DNA of 64,000 nt from Octopus vulgaris (GCA_951406725.2 OX597824.1:49166001-49230000); one strand, 5' to 3'; positions 23,829-38,195 are shown, counted from the first letter of the stretch. Numbers and translations: made by a program. Notes: a model not told the origin generated them from the sequence alone.

Positions 23829-24275
23829 ATGAATTCTGGGAATCAGTTTCTCAGAAGAGAAGCTGTCTTCACACCCCAGCCATATAGATCGCAGCAAAAT
23901 AACGAATTCCCCGCCAAGCAACGGAATTCGATATCGTCACAACAGCTGGACTCTGGAATTTCCTCACCTTTACCAACAAAACTTAAAGCTCGAAATTTTG
24001 CCAGTAACATCGCTTTTACTTCTAAAACAACTGTGACGAACGGCACCAGTCATGAGGAGACTATTAGTTATACAAACAATAATTTAAATATGTCTAAAGA
24101 AGACACATACATGTCTGGTAAAAGTAATAAACAGATCTCTCGTCTTTACGACATAGTCCGTCGAAATTGCAAGCAACAGGCGGAACTGTTCGAAGACAAG
24201 GATTTTCCTGCAAACGATGCATCTATTTATTTTTCTCGTCATCCACCTTACCAATTTGAATGGAGACGATGCAGT
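23829..24275 (+). CDS. Calpain-like gene exon 1 (long polar N-terminal extension + start of CysPc)
   Basis: ATG ORF ending LFEDKDFPANDASIYFSRHPPYQFEWRRCS, matching the calpain LFEDPxFP..WxRP motif. GTAAGT donor at 24276. Confidence 0.9.
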
Positions 24276-25767
24276 GTAAGTTAAAACGATCAATATCTAA
24301 CATTTCCACTCATCACATTTCACCCTTACCCTCATCTTGACTTTTTGATTCGGTTCTGGTTTTATTTACTTTGTTGCATTGTTATTATTATTATTTTCCA
24401 CTTTTTTTTGTTTGCTAGTACAACCGAAAAGTAATCACTTTCGTCAAATGTTTAGTAGTTTATTTTAGTTTAAGTGTTTTTTTTTTTTAATGGGGACTAA
24501 TTAATTTAAAACACACAATCTTAGTCTGGCTGGTGTTAATGAGTTATTATTTATTAGGTATATACATACGTATATTTAAATAGAGAGAATTATCGCTGAT
24601 CCTTTCAATTCCTAAGAAATTGGGGTAAATCAGTCGATGTAGATTTTTTTTTTTTTGATTATGAGAGCTAGATAGTTAAGAAAGATAAAAAAAAAAAGTG
24701 ACTGAGAGTTTAATATATTAACTTATATATCCCCAGTTTTTATATTATGTGAATCTGTTTGAACATTTTAAAAGGTATGTTGTCGGTTACCCCGCCCCCA
24801 GGTCAATTCAGATCGAACAAACACATATTATCAGACATTCCAATCATGCCTGTCCTTCAGTAAACTTTTTAATTGATTACGTATGAAATTGAAATACATT
24901 ATCCACGATTGTTGACTTAAATAGGAAAATTTTGAGCAAGTAATAAATTTCTTAAATATAACTATCAGTAATTTTAGGGAAGGGGTAAGTACTAGTGTTC
25001 AACTAGTACTTATTTTATCGACCTCGGAAGGATGGGCAAATTCGACCTCGACGAAATTTGAAATCGTAATTCACATCCGCCTGATAAGGAAATCAAAACT
25101 TTCTTTATTAACTATGTCACCTTGTAACTAAACATAACAAAATATAGATTGTTCACCCCGTCCCCCGTGAATGTTTCACATACATCCTTGATTAAGAAAA
25201 CACAAATTTAAATACAAATAATTTTATTTATTTAAATATAAATATTTGGAAATATATAATTGATTTGGATTCTAAATATAATATCATGCAATATAGAAAT
25301 TATGCATATTGAAAGGTAAACATGTATAAACAAAATCGTAATAAGATCGAACCGGGTACCACGTGGCTGGAAAGCGAACTTCTTGACCCATATGAATAAA
25401 TATTTTTAAAAGTTAAGCTTCTTATTGGCATTGTTAAAAATAACTAGGGCATACACCCACACAGATTCATCTCTCCTGTGCGTACACTAACGCTGTTTAC
25501 AAAATGTGCAAATAAACTATACAAAGTATTTAGTTCATAGAACTGTCGTTAGCTAATGGACAGGTGTATGCATACATATATACATACGTACATGCAGATA
25601 GACAAACAGACAAGTCTTTGTCTATACATTTCATACAAACACAGAAACCGGTATGGATTGTGTGTGTGAGAGAGAGAGAGAGAGCATATGTACACATGTG
25701 TGCGCCCGTGTATGTGTATACACATACACACACAAACACGTATATCTATGTGTATGTTTAAAGTATG

Positions 25768-26033
25768 GGCATTCCTTCGATATAACTCGACAAAATCAAA
25801 ACATTTCACTTCGGGTATTTCTGTGGGTTGTGGAATATAGATATAACGAAATTATGTCAGCAATGTCTTATTTTAAACTAGAAGAAAAAAAACGTTGCAT
25901 ATTTGTTCTTACCTGTTTCATGTGTATATGTAAAATCTGCAAATTTCCAAGCAGAATCGAACTGTCATTTGCTTCCACGGAAATACCCGAAGTAAAGTGT
26001 TTTGATTTTGTCGAGTTATATCGAAAGAATGCC
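25768..26033. mobile_element. 266-bp MITE with ~59-bp TIRs and 8-bp TSD (AAAGTATG)
   Basis: TIRs 25768-25826/25975-26033; identical 8-mers at 25760-25767 and 26034-26041. Confidence 0.85.
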
Positions 26034-26522
26034 AAAGTATGTAAATAAATGTTAACTTTTCAAAGCAGAAAAATGTATTTTATTTACTAAAAGAAATCAT
26101 GACTTTTCCATCTGCAACACACTGTTATACATGTGCCGATTAGAAGGGGTGCCGACTATGTCTATTTAGTAAGTTAGGGAGTCAGTTATGGCTATTTACC
26201 GAGTTAAGGTGTCGTCTATGGCTATTTACTGTGGTGGGGGTATCAGCTGTGGCATGTTCAGGCTTCTTACGGTATGAGTGCAAAACGAAAGAGAAGGTTT
26301 ACGGACGTTTCACCCATCTCTACTGTTCAACGGTGGAGTAAGTTTTCGTTATTATGGAGATTTCTGTACTCCAATAAAGGATGTAGACAATTCGATTACA
26401 TTGATGTTATTAGCAGTCACACAACATGAAATTGAGGCTCTGCCAAAGATAATATAGGACAGAAATGTCTAGTGTAGTGTGGTGAAACACATCTCAATTG
26501 TAGCAACTTCAAGAAGATAGTA

Positions 26523-26559
<37 letters not shown>

Positions 26560-26999
26560 CATCATCATCATCATCGTTTAACGTCCGTTTTCCATATTGG
26601 CAAGGGTTGACGGTTTGACTGAGGACTGGCAAACCAGGAGGCTGCACCAGGCTCCAATCTGATCTGACAATGTGTCTACAGCTGGATACCCTACCTAAAA
26701 CCAACCACCCCGAGAGTGCAGTGGGTGCTTTTTACATGCCATGGCACGGGAGCCAGATAGGCGGCACTGGCATCGGCCACGTTCGGATGGTGCTTTTTAC
26801 ATGCTACCAGCACAGGAGCCAGCCGAGGTGGGGGTGGGGGATGGTTATGCGACACTAGTATAGGCTACAGCTGTGATCTCATTTTACTTGCCTGGTCATA
26901 TTGTATGTAGGTTATACATGTACATGTGTGTATGTTTAAAGTAGTATTAGCATAAGACAAGATAGAGGAGATAGAAAATAATAATGTAGAGAGTGAACA

Positions 27000-28790
27000 A
27001 CTGGGAGCTTCTTTGGAATAATCTATTAAGGAGATCAGATTGGGCCACGGATCTTACTAAAAAGAGGTTCAGAGGATGCTGGAATAGCTCTATAGAGAGA
27101 GCCATAAAGGCTAAGAGACAGACTTAAAAACTAATTGAAAGGATGGATAGCAAAGAGCAATAGCAAATTGTAAGAAGAGAAGCTAGATATCAGGTAAATC
27201 TAGCAATAGGAGAAGCTGAGAGTAAAAACTTTGCCCAATGTTCTTAGATGTGTGGATCAGAGAAAGGCATGAGATATTTCAGGTTGCTCAGCAATGAGAG
27301 AAAATCCTGACATTGTTGGGGTGAAGAGTGTATGGAATGATAAAGGTAGTCTTGCTTGTACAAAGAATGACAAAAAAAGAGACATGAAAGTACTATTATG
27401 ATGGATAGAGAGATTAAAGATATGAAGGATAGGAAGGCATCCTCATCCATTAGGAATCACTGCTGAAATGCTGAAAATATCTGGCAAAATCATAACTCAC
27501 ATAGTAAATCAGATGCATAGTGGCATCATTGTCAACTACTAAAAGGACAAAGAAGATGCATTAGTGATAGGAAATTATAGAGGAAACAACTGAGGCATTA
27601 AACTGTTAGATCAGTTTATGAAGGTTACAGAAAGAGGTACAGCATAATAGATTAGAGAGAGAATTAACAGATGTGATGCAGTTAGGCTATTCTATTAATG
27701 AGGCTGTTGCAGGAGACATATGTTGCCAGGAATAAGCCTCCATACAAAACATTTGTAGATCTAGAGAAGGTGTTTGACAGGGATCCTCTGCTGTGTGGGC
27801 ATTTCAGAGCTGTTACAATCCATGTACAGAATCAGAATCAGCAAGGTGAGTTAGTAATGAGTATAAGGATGAATTCAGTGTGAAGGTGCAGTACAGCAGG
27901 GGGTCAATCTCAGCACTCTCTGTTCATTATAATCCTCTAAATCATATCAGAGAAGTTTACGATATAGTTTCCAATTCCAGCAGAAACAAATCCTAGAATT
28001 GTGAAGACTCAAAGTGAATTTAGCAAAGTTTAAAATAATAAATAGGAAGAAAACTGGAAGCTTGTGGAAACTCTTATTCTGAGAACTGAAATTCCAGACA
28101 CGGACACAAAACCTGGAATTAAAAACCCTGAAAATGAACTTAGCAAAGACTCGAGAATTAGTAAATAGGAAAACACAGAACCCTACTACTATCAGGAAAA
28201 TGGCCAAGCTCTCTATGTAGGAAAGGAGTTGGTAGAAATTTCATACAATGTATCCAATGCAAACTATGGACATACTTAAGGTGCAGTGGAACCATAGCAA
28301 GAAAATAAACTTTAGTTGTGGTAGATGTGTAGGAGCAATAAACACCAGCAGTGTATAGGAAATAGATGCTCTCAAATGCGCAGGAGGATTTCTCGAATTA
28401 GCTGATAGCTTCATATCTAGGTGACTTAATTGGTAATTGAGGAGGAAGTTCTGAAAGTGCACTAGCCAGAGTTAGAACAGGCTGAAGATAGTTCAGGGAA
28501 GTATTATCTCTTTTGATAGCTAAAGATTTGAAAGGCAGACAGGCATGATACTTGTGTATAAACAGCAGTGCTACATGGTTGTGAGATGTAGGTCTGGAAT
28601 ACAGAGGACCTGTGGAGACTAGAAAGAAACTAAGCTAGCATGCTTCACTGGCAATGTCAGCATGCATGAACAACAGAGTATAAATGTGCTGAGAGGAAAA
28701 CTGAGCATAAGAGGAATCAGGTGTAATGTGCAAGAGAGTAGACAAAATTGGTTTGAGAATGTAATGTGACTGGATGAGGATAGTTGTATA
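27000..28790 (+). mobile_element. Old decayed RTE LINE fragment (boundaries approximate)
   Basis: FVDLEKVFDR motif and similarity to the 34620 copy. Confidence 0.7.
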
Positions 28791-29259
28791 ATCCTTTAGT
28801 ATTCAGATTACTATCATAATTAATGCCTTTTATTCACATTGTTTTGAATTAATTATGTAATGTCTTGTAACTGAGATTTGGATGATGTGATTATTTATTT
28901 TTAGAATGATGTTCAAGGGTAAGTGTGAGAGGCCAGACATGGCCAGTTTAATCATAAAACAGATAGAACATTTAGGCTGGATATGGCCAGTTTAAATACT
29001 AAAAGAATAAAGAAGTGATAATTACAGCAGAGAAAACCTGTGAATGAGGAAGACAAAGGAAGATGGGGAATGATGAAGTGAAGGCCAATCTTAGGATGTT
29101 TAGCCTCATGGAGGAGATAACAAAGGACAGAGGTGATTGATGATACACAGTGCTTGAAAAGAACCATTCCAGCTATGCTAGTGCAGTGTCTCTGAGGTTC
29201 TGAAAGCATAATGTTTATGCACACAACAGGGTCTTTCAAACAATGTCCCTGTCAAGTCT

Positions 29260-29950
29260 ATCATCATCATCATTTAAAGTTCACTTTCCATGCTAGCATG
29301 GGTTGGACGATTTGACTGAGGTCTGGCGAACTAGATGGCTGCACCAGACTCCAATCTGATCTGGCAGAGTTTCTACAGCTGGATGCCCTTCCTAATGCCA
29401 ACCACTCCGAGAGTATAGTGGGTGCTTTTACATGCCACTGGCACGAGGGCCAGTCAGGTGGTACTGGCAACGGCCACGCTCAAATGGTGCTTTTTATGGG
29501 CCACCTGCACAGGAGCCAGTCCAGCGGCACTGGCAACGACCTTGCTCGAATGTTTTTTCACGTGCCACCAGCACAAGTGCCAGTAAGGCAACGCAGGTAA
29601 GAATCACACTCAAATGGAGGCCAGCCTGTTGCTCATGCAACGATCATGCTCGTATGGTACTCTTAGCGCATGGATGCCAGTCATCGAATTTGATTTCGAT
29701 TTCACTTGCCTCAACAGGTCTTCACAAGCAGTGCTTAGTGTCCAATGAAAGAAAGGTACGCATAAGTGGGCTGGTTACACCCCTGGAATTGGCCACAAGG
29801 TTATGGTCTCACTTGAGCTTGCCGAGTCTTCTCAAGCACAGCGTATTTCCAAAGGTCCCGGTCACTAGTCATTGCTTCGGTGAGGCCCAATGTTCGAAGG
29901 TCATGCTTCACCACCTCATCCCAGGTCTTCATGGGTCTATCTCTTCCACA
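29260..29950 (-). mobile_element. RTE LINE 3' end
   Basis: Near-identical organisation to 18960-19700. Confidence 0.75.
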
Positions 29951-30329
29951 TATTTTCTATTTCTAGTTATTTTAATTTATAACTGTTTTTAAATATCCAC
30001 CCATCTTCTTGGATAGGTTTTCAGTATATCTCAAGTGTTCCCAAAATTTTCACTGCTGTAAAGATCATGTGTGATCTTTTTTGTACTATGCAGCATTTTT
30101 AGATCTGCCCACACTTTTTTGAAGCTCGTCCTCTTATTGCCTCTGTCTCAACAGCTGCTGTTAGCATGGACACTATTTTATAAATTGATATTGCTTATGA
30201 TATACCCCTACTGTACAACATCATTGTACATATACTTCATACAGTCTGTCTGTCACAAACTGAGAAACACTTTCTTACCGACAGATGAAACAAGCCACTG
30301 AACATTTTCCATCCTAGTTTTAACAAAAC

Positions 30330-30970
30330 TAGAGGCAATGACTAGTGACTGAGACCTTTGGAAATACGCTGTGCTTAAGAACCAGGAAGCCAAGTGAGAC
30401 CGTAACCTCGTGGCCTGTGCCAGGGGTGTAACCAGCCCACTTATGCATACCTTTCCTTCATTGGGCACTGAACTCTGCTTGCAAAGACCTGTTGAGGCAA
30501 GTGAAATCGAAATCAAATTCGACAACTGGCATCCATGCTAGTGGAGTGCTAAGAGTACCATCCAAGTGTGAATATTGCTAGAGCAGCTAACTGGCTTCCA
30601 TGCTGGTGGCATGTAAAAAGCATCATTCAGGCGTGATCACTACCAGCGTCGCCTTACTGGCACTTGTGCTGGTGGCACATAAAAAAATATTCGAGTGAGG
30701 TCGTTGCCAGTGCCACTGGACTGGCTCCTGTGCAGGTGGCATGTAAAAAACACCATTTGAGCGTGGCCATTGCCAGTACTGCCAGACTGGCCCTTGTGCT
30801 GATGGCACGTAAAAGCACCCACTACACTCTTGGAGTGGTTGGCGTTATGAAGGGCATCCAGCTGTAGAAACTCTGCCAGATCAGATTGGAGCCTTGTGCA
30901 GCCATCTGGTTCGCCAGCCCTCAGTCAAATTGTCCAACCCATGCTAACATGGAAAGCTAGATGATGATGA
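30330..30970 (+). mobile_element. RTE LINE 3' end, inverted relative to the 29260 copy
   Basis: Reverse complement of the same 3'UTR family; GAT tail at ~30960. Confidence 0.75.
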
Positions 30971-32137
30971 GTTGAGCCAACAAAGGAAATGCTGCATGGT
31001 CATTTTATATGCTAGAAATGGCTTTCAGAAGACACACTACTATTTTAAGAAAGAAAAGATTCACTGAATAATTTTGATAAAAAAAAAACAAGAGGTCACA
31101 TCTGGAATGCAATAGATTATAGTTCTGCTTAGTCAGGGATGATTTAAAACTAAAAAACCAAAAACAAAACAAAAGCTTAGTGATTGAACTTTCATTAGAA
31201 ATCCCCTGTGTTAATTAAATCATCTTACTATAACTTCAGGCTGACCAATATCTCATGAGAGGAATTTACTAAATGAAAACTGTCGGAATGCACAAATGTG
31301 TGTGTGTGTAAGTCCAAGAATTGGGATGTTAGTATTACATTACCAGCACCTCCATTCTTGTACTAATTATAGCATACTCTGTGAGTAACAAATCCTCCTT
31401 CGAATTTTAGGCTGTATGAAATGGTTTCCCTTATGGAAACTGTTCATTTTTATGCACTCTCTTAGTATTTGCAAGAGTGCTGACTGAGGTAACCTCTCAC
31501 CTGTCTAAATCCCCTTTGATCTGATTTATGTGTGTGTGTGTGTTTATGTCTAAAAATCAGTGTTTTTGTTTATGTTGTGTCCTTTCACATCTTATAACTT
31601 AGTGGTTCAACAAATAGACTTCAATAAAATAAGTAGCAGACTGAATTAAGAATTGCGGTGTGATATGTTTAACTAAAAACGCATGAAAGAAATGCTCCAG
31701 CCTGGTTACAATCCAATGTCTGAAACAGATATTCTGCCTGTCTTATTTTCAAATTGGATAGATCCAGCCTCCCACACCAACCCTACATGGTCATTCTAAA
31801 TATAAACAATCACATCATTGAAATGTTGAAGCTACGAGATTATGTATGATTAATTCAAAACAATGTGAAAATGAGCATTACATTTAACAGGGTTAAATGT
31901 TACAAGGTTAAAGAAGGGGACATAGACAAGTAATCAATGCAGCTTCTGCTTGCAGTATCTGCTACTAACCATTCCTATGCATTTGCTGCATCCAGTGATT
32001 TAGTTTCAGTCTGTCAGATTCCTTCACTGCACCTATTGCTTACTCTAAGTACATAATATAATATTGAATTTCTACACATTAAGCAAGGCCACTTTGCAGA
32101 TAGTGCTACATTTTTCTGTTCTTTCTCTGTCTCTCTT

Positions 32138-32142
<5 letters not shown>

Positions 32143-32197
<55 letters not shown>
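32143..32197. repeat. (CT)n microsatellite
   Basis: Direct reading. Confidence 0.9.
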
Positions 32198-32202
<5 letters not shown>

Positions 32203-34619
32203 CCTTTCTTTTTTCACCCTACTTCAACTGCTTGTAAAAGCAATCAAATCTCCCTTTAATCACACCTTACACTCTCAAAAAGTAAAAGAAAGGTGATTTC
32301 TAGAAAGATAGAATTCTCACAGTTGGAATTCCTTTAATCATACATCTGGTCAATCAGGGATGACTTGGTGCTAAACAACAGCAATATTAGTGAAACAAAG
32401 TGCCTTGTGGTATATGTTCTGGCTTTTTACATTGTGTCAAAATCCCGCCAAGATCAATTTTGCCTTTCATTGCTAGTTTTGTGCCTAAATTAGAAACAAT
32501 TTTATTTTTAGTTACTTGGACAGATTATTATATAAACAAGATATAGGTGCAGGCATGGTTATGTGGTAAAACATTTGCTTTCCAACTACATGGTTCCAGG
32601 TTCAATCTAACTGTGTGGCACCTTGAGCAAGTATCTACTCTTATAGCACTTGGCCAACCAAACCCTTGCAAGTGGAGTTGGTAGATGGAAACTGAAAAAA
32701 GCCTAGTGTGTCTGTGTGTCTTTCATTTAACATCATGTAAATGAGTGTCACTGTCATACAAGTGGTGTCATTCATATCTAGTATTCTATGAGAATATGCC
32801 TGGCCATGGGGGAAATATTACCTTGCTTGGAAACAGCTGGGAATGGGTGATAGAAAGGCCATCCATCTGTAGAAAATCTGCCTCAAATGAACTCTGTTCA
32901 ATCCATCCAAGCATTGAAAAGTAGATTTTAAATTATGATAATGATGAAAACCTTTGTATCAGGTTTAAGGGTTGGCAGTATGTATTGAAATACCTACATA
33001 CATTCACAGGCGTGGCTGTGTGGTAAGAAGCTTGTTTCCCAACAACATGGTTCCGGGTTTAGTCCAACTTCAATGCACCTTGGACAGATATTTTCTACCA
33101 TAGCCTCAGGCCGACCATAGCCTTGTGAGTGGATTTGGCAGTTCGAAACAGAAAAGAAACCCATCGTGTATACACATGCACACACACATATGAATGTATG
33201 TAAATACTTATGTGTATGTTTTTGTCCCCACCACAATTACTTGACAACCGATGTTGGTGTGTTTACATCTCTGTAATTTAGCGGTTCAGCAAAAGAAACT
33301 GATAGAATAAGTACTAGGTTACAAAGAATAAGTACTGGGGTCGATATCTTTGACTAAAAGGCAGTGCTCCAGCATGGCTGCAGTCAAATGACTGAAACAA
33401 ATAAAAGAATACAAAGAAACTGAAAGAAAATAGATTTGATCCCAAATTAAAAAAAAAAAGCAATAAAAGAGATATATATCAAATAACAATCATAATATAC
33501 AGTAATGTGAGGGTAAGTTATTTAGGCGCTGAGCTGGCAGAATCGTTATTGCATTGGAAAAACTATTTAGTGAAATTCTGAGTTTAAATGCCACAAGAAT
33601 CGATTTTGCCTTTCATCCTTTTGGGTCAATAAAACAAATACCAGTTGAACACTGAGGGTTGATGTAATCGACTTACCCCACTCCCCCGAAATTGCTGGCC
33701 TTATGCTAAAATCTGAGACCAATTCGTTGTTAATTACTTGTAATACACGCACAATTTTTTTTTTTTCAGTAAAATTAGTTGTAAACACAAATCACTATAA
33801 GTGCTCTCCCTTTAGTCACTGTTGCACAGGATTGAACTTGGAACGGCAGATGCGTTAGCATGCCGGATGAAATGCTTAATGACATTTCATCTGTCTTTAC
33901 GCTCTGAGTTCAAATTCTGCCAAGGTTGACTTTGCTTTTCATCCTTTCCGGGTTGATAAATTAAGTACCAGTTGCGACTGGCTCCCTCACCAAAAACTTT
34001 GAGCCCTGTGCCTAGAGTAGCAAAAGATATTACACTTACAATGAAGGTGGCGAGTGGCAGAATTATTAAGTGCACCAGGCAAAATGCTAGGTGGCATTAC
34101 GCCCATCATTATATTCTGAGTTCAAATTCCACTGAGACTGGCTTTGCCTTTCATCCTTTCAGGATCAATGAGTACTGGGTGGGGTGTAATCAACTTAGCC
34201 CATCCTCTGAAATTGCTGGCCTTGTGCTAAAATTTGAAGTCAATATTACATTAATGATGGATACTCCATTGCTCCACTTTTTGTTTATTTCAAACAAAAG
34301 CAGTATTCAGTATTTTGGGTTTTTTCCCCTTGTGTGGGAAGGTGGGGTACTGGTGAGGTTGGATACCCTTCCTATCATCAACCACTTTATAGAAAGTACT
34401 GGATGCTTTTTCATGTTACTAGCACTACTAGTGAGGTCACCAAGTGACTCACAAGTCAAGGCCGTGGTTTTGTACCAGGTGTTGAAAGGTTAAAGTATGA
34501 CAGAAGGATAAGGAACAGGCTTCTTGCTGCAGAGGAGATACATTGCTGCCCAAGGTGGAGGTGATGAGGTGTCAAGACATACCTTCAAGGTACAAGAAGG
34601 TCACTATGACGGCTTAAGT

Positions 34620-36318
34620 GCAGAAACAGATGAAACAATATGCAGGTTCCCCCCGATCCCTTATCTGGTGGGCGATGCGGAAACTGGAGATTGACGAATG
34701 GTTAATTAGGGTTGTACAGGCCCTATACAAAGAGGCCATTAGCAAAGTTAGGATTGGCAACGAGTATAGCGAAGAATTCTGGGTAGAAGTAGGGGTCCAC
34801 CAAGGTTCAGCCCTCAGTCCCCTTTTATTCATCATAGTCCTCCTGGCAATAACAGAGGAATTCAAGACTGGTTGCCCCTGGGATCTCCTCTATGCTGATG
34901 ACTTAGCCCTCGTAGCAGAATCACTACCGGAACTAGAGAAGAAATTTCGTGTGTGGAAGCTAGGTTTAGAATCAAAAGGCCTTAGAGCAAAGACCAAAGT
35001 TCTAGTAAGTAGGAAGGCTAACTCACCACACACATCCCTTCAGGTAGGTGACCCTGCTTGATCTGTAGAAAAGGTGTAGGTAGAATCTCCATAAGATGTA
35101 CCCAGTGTAAGCTATGGACACATAAGAGGTGCAGCAACATCAAAAGGAAAATTAACTGAGAAGATAGCTTTCGTGTGCGGCAGATGCACAGGGGCAATAG
35201 ACACCATTGATACTCGGAAAACAGATTCCATTACACTCCTGGGGGAGAAACTAGAAGTAGTTGATAGTTTCCGCTACCTAGGTGACCAAGTTAGTAGCGG
35301 GGATGGATGCTCATAGAGTGTTACCACTAGAATAAGAATAGCCTGGGCAAAGTTTAGAAAGCTTCTTACCCTACTGGTGACAAAGGGCCTCTCGCTCAGA
35401 GTGAAAGGTAGATTGTACGATGCATGTGTGCAAACTGCTATACTTCATGGCAGTGAAACATGGGCTGTGACTGCAGAGGACTTGCGTAGGCTCGAAAGAA
35501 ATGAAGCTAGCATGATCTGCTGGATGTGCAATGTCTGTCCATGCACGACAGAGTATAAGTGCCCTGAGAGAAATGTTGGACATAAGAAGCATCAGATGCA
35601 GTGTGCAAAAGAGACGTTTGCGTTGGTATGGTCGTGTACTACGGATGGATGAGGAGAGATATATGATGAAGTGTCACTCCCAAACTGTTGAAGGAATCCG
35701 GGGTAGAGGTAGACCCAGGAAGACATGGGACAAAGTGATCAAGCATGACTTTCGTACGTTGGGCCTCACAGAGGCTATGACGAAAGACCTCTGGAGATAT
35801 GCTGTGACTTTGAAGACCCAACAAATGAAGTGAGTTCATGGCTTGCAGGACGGCCTCCGGTGCTTGAGGAAACCTATTGTGTCAAGTACATCAACATCAA
35901 AATAAAAATCGAATGGATATTGTTGATACATCAAAATAAAAATCGAATGGATATTGTTGATACATCAAAATAAAAATCAAATGGAAATTGTAGTTAAGAT
36001 ACCCATGCCGGTGACACGTAAAAAGCACTGTCTGAACATGGCAGATGACAGCGCCACCTGACTGGCATCCATGTCGGTGACATGTAAAAGCACCAACTGA
36101 TCGTGGCCGTTTGCCAGCCTCCCCTGGCCCCTGTGCTGATGGCACGTAAAAAGTACCCACTACACTCACGGAGTGGTTGGCATTAAGAAGGGCATCCAGC
36201 TGTAGAAACACTGCCATATCAGACTGGAGCCTGGTGCAGCCTCCTGGCCTTCCAGACCCCTGTTGAACCGTCCAACCCATGCTAGCATGGGGAACGGACA
36301 TTAAACAATGATGATGAC
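34620..36318 (+). mobile_element. RTE-clade LINE 3' part (RT with PHD-like insertion, 3'UTR, (GAT)n tail)
   Basis: GVHQGSALSPLLF, LLYADDL, FRYLG, GSETW, RRLRWYG, RGRPRKTW; frameshifted. Confidence 0.9.
35894..35990 (+). repeat. 34-bp tandem repeat, ~3 copies, in the RTE 3'UTR
   Basis: Unit ACATCAAAATAAAAATCGAATGGATATTGTTGAT. Confidence 0.85.
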
Positions 36319-36479
36319 CTTGTTTTTGCTAAGATGGACACTCAAGCACAGAAAAGTCACCAGTCATTTCAGTCATTTATCATCTCTTCCATGATGTTCG
36401 ATATTCTGAGGTTGGTCTTCACTACTTTGTCCCACATATTACTAGGTCACCTTTTTCCTTAGATCCCATCCTCATTTAG

Positions 36480-37440
36480 CAATCCACAGCTGTCTTCATC
36501 CATTATGCAGCTATCCTCATCCACATGCATCACATAACTTTACCAGCACAGTCTCTCGCACACTACATCTGATACCTCTTGTGCTCAGCTTTTCTCTCAA
36601 TGCATTTACTCTGTTATATATGCGCACTGATGTTGAGCATGCTAGCTTTCTTTCTAGTATTTGCATATCATCTGCATTCATGGCTCACATTTCACTACCA
36701 TGTAGTATTGCACAGGCATCATACAATCTGAGTAAGAGACCTTTTGCTACCAACAGAGATAATAGTTCTCTAAACTTTCTCCATCCTGTTCTTATTTTAG
36801 CAGTTATACTTTTGAAACCTCCTCCTCCACTGTTAAGTCACCTAGATAATAAAAGCTATCTACTACCTCTTGTCAACCTCCTGGACATTTGAAAAACTCC
36901 ATTTTCTATGGGTTTTCAGTATTTATTGCGCCTGTTCATCTGCCACATAGAAAATCTACTCTCTTTGTTAATCTTCCTGTGATACCATTGCATCTCTTAT
37001 GTGTCCATAATTTGTACTCAGTACATCATACAGAATCTCTGCCTAAACCCTCTTTACATTTAAACAGTCATTTTCTTGAAGGAAGTAGCATCCACTCTGT
37101 TTTCCTGCTTACGAAAACATTGGTTATTGCTAAGTTAATTTTAAGGCCCTTTGATTCCAGGTTTCCCTTCCACATTTGGTATTTCTTTCCTAATTCTTTT
37201 ACAGCTTCAGTTACAAGAACAAGGTCATCAGCATTGAAGTGTTCTCATGACCTCCAGTCTTAAAATCCTCTGTTATGGCCTGAAGGGCTAGGATAAAAAC
37301 GAGAGTAATGAAAACCAGCCCCTGGGTTGAATTCCTACTGGCACACTAAATTTGTTGTACTCATTGCTAACTCTCACTTTACTGCCAGCACCCTGGTACA
37401 TGACATGAACAGCTCTCACCAGCCATTCAGCTAGCTTCTG
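36480..37440 (-). mobile_element. Decayed RTE LINE fragment, minus strand
   Basis: Reverse-complement similarity to 34700-35660. Confidence 0.65.
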
Positions 37441-38195
37441 TAACTTTCATGACATGGTCCAGCAATTTAATACTTCTCTAATTACTTCTATCTAAGGCAT
37501 CTCCTTCATTCTTGTAGCATTTGATTATAATGCTGCTACACTAGTCATTGGTGTGTGTGTATATATATATATATATATATGATGTTCGACTAACTAGAGA
37601 TAAAGAACAAGTTCACTAACAGACTTTGAACCATGTACTATTTGCAGGATGACCTATTACTGATTTTATTCCCAGCCATTTTTTTTCAAATTAGATATTC
37701 TTTAAAGTTTTATTTGCTTATTTAGTCTTGGACACTATTCTCCTGCTGATGAAATAAATGTATTACCAATGCAGTGAAGAAACCTCTATATGGTCATTTG
37801 ACCTCTTAGAAATTGTAACTGAATCTCCCTCAAACTACACACTAACATTTAAAATATAAAAAAAGAAAGAACACTGAATACATGTAGACTTAGATATTAA
37901 TATATGTCTGAAAAAAGACAGGATGGCCACAGCTAGAATGCCTTTAATCATAGTCCTGCTTGTTTGTTGTTTAAGCCCAGAACTGACCTGGAGTCTAAAC
38001 ATCACCAACAACATAAATGGCTAACAAGGAAATAAATCAGCTACGGGCAGTATTCATACATAACCATCTGAATTAGAGCTGTGTGATCATCTCCCTGCCC
38101 TGAAACTTTTATTAATCTGTTAAATAAAAAAAAACAACTTATTAACATTTGAAATCAGCTCATTGTTCTAATTCTAACACTTCCATTATTTTTAG

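Noticed and set aside
29432-29992. 186-aa ORF
   Set aside because: Antisense reading of an RTE 3' end.
33972-34493. 173-aa ORF
   Set aside because: Runs across adjacent SINE fragments; no domain or splice support.
37745-37800. CTGATGA...GAAACC...GGTC hammerhead-like string
   Set aside because: No stem I or stem II pairing.
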